A stretch of 64,000 nucleotides of DNA from Octopus sinensis (lineage: Eukaryota), in contig NC_042997.1 in the NCBI RefSeq assembly GCF_006345805.1, forward strand, positions 176,452,001 through 176,516,000. The letters run 5' to 3'. Position numbers and translations under genes: made by a program. Within the stretch, counting starts at the first letter, position 1. Each line of letters begins with the position of its first letter. The notes under the pieces are model-generated. The model made no database searches and had not been told where the DNA came from. It worked only from the letters and a program-made list of their open reading frames with translations. This document shows positions 24,539 to 37,381 of this stretch, piece after piece.

Positions 24539-27059
24539 CCCTTTAGTGTTCAGATTAATTTGTCAAATGTAATGCTTATCTGTTCACATGAATTTTGATT
24601 TATTCAGGTTCAAGTGGGGTGTCCACAATATTTGCTTGTAACTTTGTTAATTTTCTGCATATAGATTTGAAATTTTGTAAATGGGTGCTTATATGCCAGT
24701 GGTTTATAGTTAAGTAATTTTAGCTGATATTTCTGATTAAAAACAATAACATTATGAATAAACACTAAAATTCATATTCTTAATACATCTTACCTGTTTG
24801 ATTTGTTACTAAAATTATCCCAGATGTCAACTGCCAACAATTTTATATTTTTCAAGACGAGGTACATTATTTTGAATTAAAATACAGGTGTAATCGGTAC
24901 AAGATTTTATTTTTCTATATTTCATCCAAACATTTTTATTGAAAATAAAGTACAAAACTCTTTTACTAGTCAATATACTATTGGCTTTGTACTCTTATAC
25001 AATTTAATGAATTCATTTACGTAACAAAATGCATCTAATAAAAAAAGCTCATTAACAGGTGAGACAAAGGTGAATACAGGTGTGTAACATACTGAAAATT
25101 AATATGCATTTCTCACTTTCAAATATTATTTATAATAAAATGAAAAGGAATATACAAAATAATACAGTTATGACATATTTCTGTCATGAAACTACCCAAA
25201 GCACCCTTTACACAAGGGCACTTCGCAAAAGGAACACATATATGAAGTCTTAATCTGATACCCTTTTTCAGTTTTTCTTTTTTGCAGTAAACACAGTCTG
25301 CAAACTTTTTTTTCTTCCATTTATCTTTTCCACTTTATGAAAGTCAATATTTTCTCTGTTGATATCCACCTCAGTTAATTTTGCTTTTCTCCCAGTTCTG
25401 TACTTTCTAGAAGAAAAGCCCTCACGTGACTGAGATGTGATGTCAACCCAAAATTTCAAATGGTCATAGTCCTTTGGTAGCAGAGGTACCTTGTGGCTTT
25501 TTATATATACAATATATGAATTTACTACAGTTAAATTAACTAAAAACCACAAAATGTACCTCCACCATTTCTTCCTAATTCGACCAACTTGGTAATATGT
25601 CCAATATTGGTCAGATTTATCAACCCCACCCATATATTTCTTATAGCAAATATTCACTAGGGGTTTCCCCTCAGCAATAACATCAGGTTGTTCATTAGAA
25701 GACAGAAATAAAATCTGTCTTGTCTTTGAAAGGAGTAGCTAATAAATTTTCTTTTTGCAATTGTAAAATGTCCACTCTTTTTTTTAAAAATTTTGTTTTC
25801 ATTTCATGGGATAAACCTTTATGGTTTCCCATAACAGTACTGCACATGTAAGTGCTTACATGGGCAAGATTTTCTGCCAAAGCCACTGAAGGGAAAAAAA
25901 AAAACAATCAAAATAGAGGTGTTACTGTTGATGGTGAAATGGTTCAGTAAGAGACCCTACTACATCGTGTCCTAATCCATATGGTCTGTTTCCATTATAT
26001 TTTTTTGCCTGTGTAAACATCGAAGTTTACACAATATCCAGTGTCTGATTCACAAACTTTCCATACCTTGATCCCCCATTTAGTAGGTTTGGTAGGCATG
26101 TACTGCTGAAAATGTACTCTGCCCTTATAGCCTATCATGGCTTCATCTACACTGAGATTTTTCCCAGGTAGATACAGTTTTATAATTATTAAAGAGTAAA
26201 TCAATTACTGGACGTACTTTGTGCAGAGGATCGTAGTTTGGGTCGTTTTTGCTGGGGGCATTAGCAGAATCAGTTAAATGTAAATACTGAGATATTTTTG
26301 AATACCTCGTTTTTGACATTATACTTGAGATATGCAGATCATTATCAGGACTCCAGTAGTTCCACAGTCGAGGAAGCTGTTTAACACCAAACATAATATT
26401 GATTGTGAAAAACACTTTCATTTCCCCAGTATAAGTTGGCTTCCATAGTGGATCATTTCTTCCGTGAATAGAAATTATACGTTGCGCATATTTGTTTCCT
26501 CTGCAACATTTCCCAAAAAAAACTTTCTGGTAAAAATAAAAATATAGTCCAATGGTTGAGCATCAGGAGGTAAACTGTGTTGTGGACCAGTGTTTTCTAT
26601 GAAATCGGGAATAGTGATTGGTGTTGTAATCTTTGACCATGTTGCCATGTTTATGATATCATTTTCATCACTTTCGTTCTCAAAATCTTCTTTGTCTGAA
26701 TATTCACAAATATCGATATCAGATTCATCTGAAGACAAAATACTCTTGTTTTCATTTATGTTTTCTATATCGTCAAGAGTAAAACCTTCAAAGTCAGAAT
26801 CGCTACTTGCTGATGCCATTTCATTAAAAACTAAGGTACAGACTTCTCTTCAGATGTTGAAAAAAATCATGTAGTCTAAACAATTTCACAGTATTTATAC
26901 TTGAATAAATGCAGGAAAGGCTTCATCTCGCATTATCTCAAAGCTATGAGAATTCAATGTGATTTGTTTATTTTTTTAGTGATTTCGTAGAGCAGTCGGA
27001 TATGGCTGGCTTGAACAAATAAAGAGGATTTAATTTTGGCTGGTTTGAACACTAAAGGG
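24539..27059 (-). mobile_element. piggyBac transposon, near full length (2521 bp), frameshifted transposase
   Basis: TTAA on both sides and a perfect 14-bp TIR CCCTTTAGTGTTCA. Acidic N-terminus from ATG 26819; SVDEAMIGYKGR..KPTKWGIK, HLYFDCFF and YMGGVDKSDQ (all three catalytic Asp); Cys-rich C-terminus near 25200-25310. Subterminal repeat GGCTGG(C/T)TTGAACA at 27004 and 27038. Confidence 0.95.
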
Positions 27060-27237
27060 TTAATATTTACAGTACATTTATAAGTCAAAAGAAAACTGTC
27101 GTAGAGGATTACAACAAAATTTATATTAACTAATTCTTCCATACTAATCTACTAGAGTTTTACACCACAATTCAAAATACCCTTGTTGAATTAAGTAATA
27201 GATCTGGCATAAGAATAGCCAATATCTCAGAATGAGT

Positions 27238-27311
27238 GTTGTGGAATCAAGTGACAACCAACGAACACTGAGAGTTAGTTGTGGAGTTGAGTGACAACTA
27301 ACAAACACTGA
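27238..27311. repeat. Two-copy 40-bp tandem duplication
   Basis: GTTGTGGA....AGTGACAAC.AAC.AACACTGA at 27238 and 27278. Confidence 0.7.
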
Positions 27312-27919
27312 TTAATCTCATAAAAATCAGGGTTTTTATAACTGCTCATACCTGAATTCTAAGAACCATATTTTGTGAAAGATTTCTCTGAGATGAAAGT
27401 TTAGAATTCAAATATGGGCAGTAATTTTAACCAATAGGAAACTAACAATCATACCTATTTGGGTAACCTGACCATTACATCATATTACCACTGATAAAGG
27501 TTTATTATGACTTGCATCACTACATAAGCCCTCAACCAGAAAAATTGTTAAAATTTTGCGAAAAAAAATATAATATAAAATTTCAATACATAGTTGGAAT
27601 TAATATTTTAGCAAGTCAAATATACAAATTTACAAATGTATCCACATGTTAAATAAATGAAAATAACCACGCATCACGGTTTTACAATAATACAGCGTTC
27701 TTGGAAGGGTTATCCAATTGTTCAATACAATTTCTCTGGAAAAAAATTATAAAATCTTTTTTAAAAAAAAAAAATTCCAAGAATATATTCAAACAAACTG
27801 AGAAATTTTTTTTGGAAAATGTACAATTCTACCACTTCTAGTTTTCTTTTTGCTGGTAAGTGATTTTAAAATTGACTTGTGGATCCTTTCTTCAACCTTA
27901 AGAACTATGATGCATTTAA

Positions 27920-28203
27920 AGCCCATTTTCCATACTGGTGTCGGTTTGACAGGAACTGGCATACCAGAAGATAGTGCCAAGGTCTATTGCCTACTTTTGT
28001 ATAGTTTCTACAACTGGATGCCCTTCCTATGCTAACCACTTTTCAGATTGTACTGGGTTCTTTTTAGGTGGCATCAGCAAGGTCACCAAGTAACTTGCAA
28101 AATATCACACCTCAACTGAAGAGGGAGTAGTATTGAGGTGGTTTTGTACCTGATGAGAGAGTATGATAGAGGGACAGAAACAGGTGTCTTACTGTCAAGA
28201 AGA
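27920..28203 (-). mobile_element. RTE-tail-bearing retroposon fragment, interrupted by a mariner
   Basis: CTACAACTGGATGCCCTTCCTATGCTAACCAC is the reverse complement of the shared RTE tail. The sequence probably continues at ~29098-29270. Confidence 0.6.
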
Positions 28204-28205
28204 TA

Positions 28206-29097
28206 TGAGGTGATATCAAAAAGTTTCTGGACTAGTTCTGTAATGTGCCAACAGATGGCAGTACATAGTTGCATGTGCAGTGAGAGCTAGCAGTGACCTT
28301 CATGAGGCAGTGTGCCAAATGACATCACAGGTGTTTATTTCGCAAGTTATGAAATTTGTGTTTTTGTGATCATGTATATGCTGTAGTCTACAATTTTGTA
28401 ATGGACAGGAAGTTAGAACAAAGAACCGATGTGAAATTTTGCGTTAAAATTTGGGAATTCTGGTACAGACATTGAGCATGCTTCAGCAAGCTTATGGTGA
28501 TGAGGCAATGGGTTGTATGCAATGTTTTGAGTGGCACAGGTGCTTCAAAAGTGGGAGAATATCTCTGAAAGATGATGAGTGATCTGGAAATCCTGCCACA
28601 AGTGTGACTCCCAGAAATGTGGTATTGTGCATCAAGAACTCATTCCCCAAGGCCAGACCGTTATTCGAGAGTTCAGCTGTGATGTTTTGAAGTGTTTGAG
28701 GGAGGACATTTGGTGAAAGTGACTGGATTTGTGGATTGTGAAGAGTTGGAGCTCTCCTCACTTGTGAGTTTCTTGCCAAAAACATGGCATTGCTTCCAAA
28801 CCTGCACTATTTGCCAGATTTAGCAACTGCAGACTTCCATCCATTCCCTAAGATGAAAATATAGCTCAAAAGTCACCGTTTTAACACCATTGTTAAAATC
28901 CAGAGCAAATCGCAGAAGGTTCTTGACTTGGTTATGGAAAATAACTTTCAGGCTAGATTCCAAAAGTGGCAGGAACGCTGGGACTGGTGTATTGTTGCTC
29001 AGGGTGATTATTTCGAAGGTGAGTATGTTAAAACTTAGGAGAATAAGTTATTTTTTATTAAACATAACTAGTCCAGGAACCTTTTGATAACACCCCA
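28206..29097 (+). mobile_element. Mariner derivative, internally deleted (~0.89 kb)
   Basis: TIRs TGAGGTGATATCAAAAAGTTTCTGGACTAGTT and AACTAGTCCAGGAACCTTTTGATAACACCCCA. ATG at 28401 (MDRKLEQRTDVKFCVK..AYGDEAM..FEWH), then LPDLATADFHPFPKMK and WQERWDWCIVAQGDYFEG; the central region is missing. Confidence 0.9.
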
Positions 29098-29829
29098 TGG
29101 CTACCCCAGTTGGAAAAGAAAGAGGGATGAATAGAGAGAGAAAATGGTGAAGATGTGTCAAGGCATACTCTCAACTTATAAGGTGTATGTAAGCGAAGTG
29201 GTACAAAGGATTAAATAGGGTAAGTGGGTAGGTAAATTCGCAAGAGTGCAAAAGGGAAGTGGGAGGAGGTAGGGCTCTACAGTTATATACATATATGTAT
29301 GATACATCAATTTACACTTAAATACAACCACACACTCTTTTTCTCAGATATACACACACATGTGTATATATACATGCATATATTTATACATACTTACACA
29401 TGCCTACACACACATCATCATCATACATAAAAATATATACATATGCATATACCTCCCCACCAGACAGTGAAACATTTAGATATATTGATGTAGATATATA
29501 AACAATTATATGCATAGAATATCAGATATCTATTGACATATACACACCTTGTGCATATAAGCAGTGTCTATACACAAATATATCAACAAAATATTTAGTT
29601 ACTGTGCATTTATGAAATGTGTCAGGAATGCATAAAAGCATAAAATGATGCAGTATTCTATAATCAAGAACACTATAAAGCAAATGATATATAGATGTCA
29701 TAGTGTGTAACATGTTAATGTAAAATAATAGTAAAACCCTACATACAATATAACAGTGTGTCAAAGTGCAGATGAGTATTTAGCAATAATCAATATATGA
29801 TCAAATGAAATCATTAAGATATATAAGAA

Positions 29830-29993
29830 TAATGTGTGTATACCATAGGTATATATGTGTGTGTGTGTGTAAACTATATATGTAGTGTGTGGTGTGTATA
29901 TTATATGTGTATAATCATAATATATATGTGTGTGTGTGTGTGTATACATGTGTGTGTAGTGTGTGTGTGTATACATGTGTGTGTGTGTATACA

Positions 29994-30026
<33 letters not shown>

Positions 30027-30108
30027 GTGTATGTGTGTATATATGTGTGTGTGTGTGTGTATACATATGTGTGTTGTGTGTGTGTGTGTATATATATATG
30101 TGTGTAGA

Positions 30109-30141
<33 letters not shown>

Positions 30142-30205
30142 GTGTGTAGATGTGTGTGTGTGTGTGTGTGTGGTATATATATATGTGTGTGTATGTATAT
30201 ACACA
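29830..30205. repeat. Long compound (TG)n/(TA)n microsatellite
   Basis: Read directly; it is the source of the His-Thr / Cys-Val ORFs in the track. Confidence 0.95.
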
Positions 30206-32131
30206 TGCATGAAGTCATAGCCAACGATTGGTGTAGCAGCATCATAGTCACCTGCTACAAAGGCAAAGGTGACATTTAAGACAGGAATAATTACAGAGGC
30301 ATCAAACTTCTGGACCAGGCGATGAAAGTCACAGAGAGGGTCATAACCCAATTAATTAGGGAGCGAATTAGCATAGATGAGATGCTGTTTAGATTTGTGC
30401 TAGACAGGAGCACGACTGATGCTGTATTCATAGTTAGGTAACTGCAGGAGAAATATCTAGTCAAAAATAAGCCCCTGTACTTGACTTTTGTCGACATGGT
30501 GAAAGCCATGGAACAGTCTCCTGCTCCATTATCTAGCAGTCAATGCAGAAGCTAGGGATAGATGAGTGGTTGGTGAGAGCTGTACAAGCCATGTGCAGGG
30601 ATGCTGTCAGTAAGGTGAAGGTTAGCAATGAGTATAATGAGAAATTCAGGGTACAAGTAGAGGTTCACCAAAGATCAGTTCTCAGCTCACTCTTGTTCAT
30701 CCATGTCCTCTGAGCAATAACAGAGGAATTTAAGACAGGTTACCCTTAGGAGCTTCTCTACACTGATGACCTTGTTCTTATAGCCAAATCCCTACCTTAA
30801 CCAGATTAGAAATATCAGCCATGGCAGCAAGATCTAGAATCAAAGGACCTTAGAGTTAATCTAGCAAAAACCAAAGTCTTAGTAAGTAGGAGAGCAGACA
30901 AATCACAAATCCCTTCAGGTAGATGACCCTGCTCTATCTGTAGGAAAAGTATTGGTAGAAACTCCATAAGATGTACTTGGTGCAAGCTATGGACACATAA
31001 GGGGTGCAGCAATATCAGAGGATGGTCAACTGGGAAAGTGGTTTGTGTGTGGATGATGCACAGATACAATAAACACTGAAAATGTACAGAAAATAGACCT
31101 CATCAACCTCCAGGTGGGTAAGCTAGAGGTAATAGATATCTTCTGTTATCTTGGTGACCAAGTTAGTAGTGGGGGTGGATGCTCCTAGAGTATAGCTATG
31201 AGAATACGAATAGGCTGGGGAAAGTTCAGAGAGCTCTTACCTCTGCTGGCAACAAAGCGCCTCTCTCTCAGTGAAAGGCAGATTGTATGATGCCTGTGTG
31301 TGAACAGCTATGCTACATGGCAGTGAAACATGGGCTGTGATAGCTGAGGACATGCATAACCTTGAAAAAAAAATGAAGCTAGTATGTTTTACTGGATGTG
31401 CAATGTCAATGCATGTATGACAGTGTAAGCATCTTGAGAGAAAAGTTGGGCATGAAAGGCATAGGTTGCAATGTGCAAGAGAGACAACTGTGTTGGTATG
31501 GTCATGTGATGCATGTGGACAAGGACAGCTGTGTAAAGAAGTGCTGATCTCTAATTGTGGAGGGAACCTGTGATAGAAGTAGACCTAGGAGGACATGGGA
31601 TGAGGTGGTGAAGCATGATCTTCGAACATTGGGCCTCATGGAGGCAATGACTAGTGACTAAGACCTTTGGTAATAAGGCATACTTGAGGAGACCCGTTAA
31701 GCCAAGTGAAATTGTAGTTGTGGGCCAATGTTGGTGTCATGTAACTGGTGCTGGTGGCATGTAAAAAGCACCTTTTGAGTGTTGGGCCTCATGGAGACAA
31801 GGTGGCTGATGCTGGTGGCATGTGAATAGCACCTTCTGAGTGTTAGGCCTCATGAAGGCAATGACAAATGACCAAGACCTTTGGTATTATACCATGATTG
31901 AAAAGACTCATCAAGCCAAGTGAAATCGTAGTTGTGGCAGATACTGGTGTCATGCAAATAGCACCCATGCCAGTGGCATGTAAAAGCACCCATTACACTC
32001 TTAGAGTGATTGGTGTTAGGAAGGGCATTCAGCTGTAGAAACCTTGCCAAGTCAGCCTAAAGTCTGGTACAGCTTGCCAGCCCTAGTTAGACTGTCCAAC
32101 TCATGTCAGCATGGACAGTGAACATTAAATG
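30206..32131 (+). mobile_element. RTE-clade LINE, 5'-truncated, older copy
   Basis: DWCSSIIVTCYKGKG..NYRGIKLLD, FVDMVKA, ELLYTDDL, a C4HC3 finger at ~30925-31060, LHGSETWA, 3' UTR subrepeats and tail. Confidence 0.92.
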
Positions 32132-32254
32132 ATATGTACATATTTGTATAGGCCTACTCAGCAATAAATGTAGTCATAGAGATGATCAAGCTATTGCTGA
32201 AAGGGTAACTTGTGGTCAGTGTGGAATGACTTGTAGGTTCCTTGCAGGCCTTAA

Positions 32255-32476
32255 CCCTTTCGTTACTGTATTTATTTTGAGATGCTCTGTGTTTCTTTCA
32301 ATTAATTTTAAATATAACAAAGAATTTAGTAAAATAACTTAGTTATCATTCAGCTAATGTTAGGAACATAAATTGTGACTAAGGTTTGGTGGAAGATTTT
32401 AATTCAAAACTTATGAAAACAAGGCATTTGTTACTCAAAGCCAGAGGCAGTTTCAGCCGGGTTGGTAACGAAAGGG
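32255..32476. mobile_element. piggyBac-type MITE (222 bp)
   Basis: TTAA at 32251-32254 and 32477-32480, perfect 12-bp TIR CCCTTTCGTTAC, non-coding interior. Confidence 0.9.
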
Positions 32477-33264
32477 TTAAGAGCCATATCAGATGCCATC
32501 AGTTATGGGGAGACCAAATGTGAAATGGGTTTAAGAAGAGGTCTTACTTGGTCATGAGTCACATTCTATATGTATGTATATATACATGTATGCGTGTGTG
32601 CATGGGATGTTTCATGTTTTTGCATGATTTCTGTGGTTGAATTTACTCATACCAACTGTTTTACATAGTGTACTGGGTGTATTTTATATTGGCACCGGCA
32701 CAAGAGATGTAGACATTGATTTTGAAGTTTAAACTTTTTTGTAAAATTTTAGCTTTTCAATGTTTTTGTATAATTTCTTGTTCATTTTGTGGTTGATGCA
32801 TAACTAAGAAAGTAGGTGGGATATAGTGTATTTTTTGTGGCTTATAAAGGTGAGCAGAAATAAATTGTGAAGAAAGCAGTAGTTGGAGAATATTGAGGAA
32901 AGAAGCTGGACATTTATAAGGTGGTGGCAGAGAGGAAGCAAAGACTAAGGAAGATATTCTTCTGGCTGAGTAGGGATCCTTACTTTTCTTCATGTTAAGT
33001 AGTGAGGATTATTTTTATATTATAGTTTGGTTTCATTTAGACATCTATGTAAACACAGGTGTTATGTGGTTTGCATTGATCATTTGCATTCAAGCACACT
33101 GTCAGCTGAGCAAGAGTTTTTCTTTAAACACTGGCTTTGTAAATATAGAAGAATTTTAGTAATTGTTTAAATATTTCATTGGTAGCAAATGAACTTAGAC
33201 ACACACAAGTATTACTACAAATTTTATCTGCATCCTTGCAAGTTAGTACTCATGTCTTCATCAA

Positions 33265-33298
<34 letters not shown>

Positions 33299-33299
<1 letters not shown>

Positions 33300-34093
33300 T
33301 GGGCCATCCCATAATGTGATTTTTTTTTTATTCGGAGAGGGGGCGGATAAACTACCTGAATCAACTTGCTATAAAAGCAGGTAGTAATTTTATCTGGTCT
33401 TTATTCTTAGTGTAAGTTTTGAAGAGTGCAGTTCAATTTTAAGTTATTTTTTCAAAGCTATAACAGAAGTGACAAAGGAGCATATTCAGCATATTTTGCT
33501 TTATGAGTTCAATAAAGGCAACAACACAATGGAAAGTGCGAGGAATATTAATGCAGTATATGGGGATTGAACAGTAAGCGAAAGTCAGTGTCAATGGTGG
33601 TTCCAGAAATTCCAAGTCGGAAACTACAGCCTAGAAGACAACCTTTGTTCTGGAAGATCTGTAAAGCTTCGATGAGGATGTCCTGCAAACCCTGGTAGAA
33701 CAAAATCTCACCGTAACTGTTGAACTAGATTAGAAGCTTGGATTTGGTCATTCAACCTTTCATCAACACCTGTGTGCCATCAGAAATGTCAGCAAATTGA
33801 GTCAATTTCTGAGTCTAATCGCATGCAGAAAGTGAATGTGTGCTTTTCTTTGCCATCATGTCTCACGAATGAACCTTTTTTGGACTGAATAGTGAATGTT
33901 GACGAGAAACGGGTTCTCTATAAAAGTGTCAGACATTGAAGACAGTGGGTAGGGAAAGGAGAAACACTGGCACCCCAGGCTAAAGAAGGTCTTCACCCAC
34001 GTAAGATGTTATCTTTCATGGGATATGAAAGGTTTAGTCCACTTTGAACTTTTAAACCCAAACCAAACAATAACAAAGGAGATCTGTGAGCAG
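33299..34093 (+). mobile_element. Mariner (Hsmar1/SETMAR-like) 5' portion, 3'-truncated
   Basis: TA then TTGGGCCATCCCATAA at the left end. Reads EHIQHILLYEFNKGN..ARNINAVYG..QWWFQKF..YSLED, IVNVDEKRVLY, LHPRK and VHFELL.NQTIT. Confidence 0.85.
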
Positions 34094-34450
34094 AGTTTTC
34101 TATTTGAGTTATAGAATGTATGCATGTGTTGGTTGTATCTTGTTTTGAATTCAATAACAGTCAAACCTATTTTTGAAACAGAAGTTGGTGTTATAGCATA
34201 AGTGATTAACACTGTGCCATAGGTTGTTATTAACAAGGCAGTTTCTATTTGGGGGGCAGGATTAAGAAATGTTTCAATTACAATTTGTTGGGTTAGGTGT
34301 GACATTTTGGTTTTCATATTTAGATAATTTAACTGATTGTAATTAGCAATAGCTTTTCTGCAAAATTGCTTATAATATTCTAACATTATGTTTGTACCAA
34401 GTTGTGATACTCACAGTTAGTTGGTCTTTCTGTAGGATACTGAAGCATAA
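34094..34450 (-). mobile_element. Penelope-like element fragment (GIY-YIG endonuclease region)
   Basis: The minus strand gives NCN..SCPPNRNCLVNN, then after a frameshift KIGLTVIEFKTRYNQHMHTF, matching the YIG.T...FK.RY..H pattern of Penelope endonucleases. Confidence 0.65.
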
Positions 34451-35339
34451 GCTGTCTATAACTGTTGGGAGTTGTAGGTTGATGGGTGGACTGAATAAAA
34501 TGTATTTTTTTGTTTGATATTGTTTTATTTGTGAATTGAACTTTGTCACTGTACCTGCTATTATGAAGTGCTTGTTCTAAAGTCTTGTGATTTTCTTGAA
34601 TACAGGTTTATTGGATAACAGAATCTTAAATGTTCTTAACTAGGTTTTTAATATATTGGGGTGGTTGAAGAATTTATGAATTGTATTTTTTATTTTGTTT
34701 TTTTTTAAATTTTTTAAAAATAAGTTTTATCTATGGAGGGTTCTGAGTTGATGTCTATGAAGTTAACTGCTTTAAGATGTATGGCAATTGTAATAGAGAA
34801 TCCTAAGATTCTCTCTCTCGTCCTTCCCATCTCTACTGGATCATTATTACAATTTTGCTGTTTTTCATCCTCCCCACTGTTTTGCACTACCAGTCCTTTC
34901 TTACCTGCCCTAATTTGTGTCATTGTTCATACCTTATTTACCATTTACTACAGCCATCCCTCACTCATGTCCTATTTTTGCAGTTTTCATCTGCTTTCTT
35001 TCTTTCTTATCCTTTGATGCTTAATTTTCATAGTATTTCACCTTCTCATCCATTCATATTTCTAACCATCTCTCACTCTTCTATATGCTTCTGCAACTCC
35101 TACCCATCCTCATTCCCTGTTATGTCCTTACCTACCTTGTATCAAGGGGATCCACCTTGACATTGCTTCACCATTATTTTTATCTTCTCTGCTCCACCTT
35201 GACTACTCTCATTCTCTCTTCTATGTGTGTAGCTATGTAGCTCTTCTACAGTAAGAAACTTATTCTGTTCTGGCCTTTTATTTCATACTTTAACTCCTTA
35301 TCTAACATAAAGCCACCTCTCCTTCTTGACTGTTGCTCC

Positions 35340-35575
35340 ATTCAGACAAAAGGGATCTTAGTCTTGCAATCTGCATGATGACTTCACTAGTGCTGGTGTC
35401 ATGAAAAAAGCACTCAGTACATGCTTAAAGTGGTTGCTGTTTGGAAGGGCATCCTGCCGTAGAAACCATGCTAAAGCAAACATTGGAGCATGATGCAGTT
35501 TTCAGATTTGCTAGATCCTGTCAAACTATGCAAGCTATGCCAACATGGATATGTAATGATGATGTTAATCATGAC
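35340..35575 (+). mobile_element. RTE 3' tail fragment
   Basis: GGAAGGGCATCCTGCCGTAGAAACC..ATGCCAACATGGA..GATGATG. Confidence 0.7.
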
Positions 35576-36053
35576 TCTAATCCAAAATTGATGAATTTAA
35601 AGCTTGTTCTATTTATGTCAAGATTTGAAAAATACCCCCCCCCCCCCCAAAAAAAAAAAAAAATTTAATAGCTGTTAGAAAATTTCATACTACCATCAAT
35701 TATCTACTTATACATTATTTCTATGCAATATAATTGTATTTATAATTATTTACTTTCCAAAAAATTTGTTCTGATTTATGCAATTTTTTTTAATTAATAC
35801 ATTTCCTCTTAAACAATTTAATCTAAAATATAAATGGTAACCAATTCATTTAATTGAGTTGCATCAAATTTTATTGTTAACAAGCTGTTAAAATATTTGA
35901 ATTTACATTTTTATTTTTTACATCAGTACATTCTTAGTATTGTTTTCATTTGTATAGACAATTTGATTCATTCAAAAATACATAAAAAAAAAGATTTTTT
36001 TAAAAATTGGCTATTTTTTAATTTTCTTTTTTTTTATAATTCTATCTTTTCAG

Positions 36054-36143
36054 CAACCACTCCATGGTTTGAGGCATATCGGGAATGTTTTCTTCATTTA
36101 CTGCCGCCATCTGATCATGAATTCCTGAACCATTCTATTGCAT
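36054..36143 (+). CDS. TRAPPC8: TRAPPC8 coding exon 3 (90 nt, phase 1-1)
   Basis: Acceptor TCTATCTTTTCAG. Encodes (A)TTPWFEAYRECFLHLLPPSDHEFLNHSIA, compared with human ATTPWFESYRETFLQSMPASDHEFLNHYLA. Donor T|GTATCCTT. Confidence 0.95.
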
Positions 36144-36319
36144 GTATCCTTAAAATACCACATAGTCATCTTTTTAATATATTAGCATCTTTCTTGAAGA
36201 TGTTTTATTTTAGGGAATTAGAAAGAAAGTACTTAAAGTTTTGGAGTATTCTTTTGTATTGAAATTGTTTGGCTTAAATTTCATCTTGGGAAAATGACCT
36301 TGACATTCGAGATATAGCT

Positions 36320-36805
36320 TTAACTTGTTTCAGTCATTGGACTGTGACCTTCCAGTTAAACAAATCAACCCCAGTATTTAATTTTTTTTAGTCTGGTCTT
36401 TATTCTATCAGTCTCTTTTGCGAAACTGCTAAATTATGAGGACATTAACAAACACCAGTTGTCAGTCAGTGAGTGGGGCAATAAACACACACAAAAATGC
36501 ACACACACACACAATATATCATTATTGTTTAATGTTCACCTTCCATGCTGATATGGGTTGGAAGGTTTGACAGGAGCTGGCCAGGAAGGGGCCTGCACCA
36601 GACTTCTGTGTATTTTTATGGCTGTACACACACACACACACAAACTGGCTTCCACACAGTTTCTGTCTATGAAATTCACTCACAAGACATTGGTTAGTTC
36701 AGGGCTATAATAGAAGCCACTTGTCCAAGGTGCTGCACAGTGGGAATGAACACAAAGCCATGTTATTGCAAAGCAAGCTTTTTAACCATGCAACCATCCC
36801 TCTAG
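36320..36805 (-). mobile_element. CORE-type SINE (tail A) with nested RTE-tail piece, inside the U12 intron
   Basis: Tail at 36320-36490, RTE tail at 36520-36620, head at 36655-36805. Confidence 0.7.
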
Positions 36806-37381
36806 ATAAACACATTAAAATTTTTTATTTTGAAATTCACTTAAACTTTTCTTTTCTTATTGAGATTTTTTATCAATAAGATAATAGTACTTATATAGGA
36901 TAACTGATATTATAAAATCATGTTTGTTTCTATGAGAAATTGCTATAAAAAAACAGACTGCTTTAGAGATATCTGAATATTTATAAATTATCATTTATTT
37001 GGATTTTTATAAATATCTATTTCTATAAATGGAAATAGACTTTCAAAGGTAAACTGAACATGCACATGAGTATTTTGGGAATTGTTATATTTTCTAAACA
37101 AGTTATGTGAAGAATTTATTCTGACAAATGAATTTAAAGATTATATTTTTTTTTAAATGTTGTTTTTGTTCCTTAGTTGAATAATTTACAATTATATTTT
37201 TAATCAAAGATCCATAAGTACTGTTACTGAACATTATGATCATCAATTTGAGGCAGAAAATATCAATAGATTCACTGACAGTCTGTGAGACTATTGGTCT
37301 TTTTTTTCTTAAACCTTTCACATTATAATCTTGGCAGTTAATTCATAAGCCAGAGATAGTGTTGACACTGTGGTTGTGTAT

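Noticed and set aside
24539-27059. Domesticated piggyBac or exon-trap fusion with TRAPPC8 (CSB-PGBD3 style)
   Set aside because: The element is antisense to the host gene and its ORF is frameshifted several times.
29761-30351. Long His-Thr / Cys-Val / Tyr-Ile ORFs (also at 41881-42534, 61500-62643, 9775-10232, 12966-13343)
   Set aside because: They are translations of dinucleotide microsatellites that lack stop codons.
34720-34850. Minus-strand LRILYYNC, reminiscent of a CR1/L2 endonuclease start; similar purine-rich tracts at 6180-6830 and 42420-42720
   Set aside because: Too decayed to assign a family without a database search.
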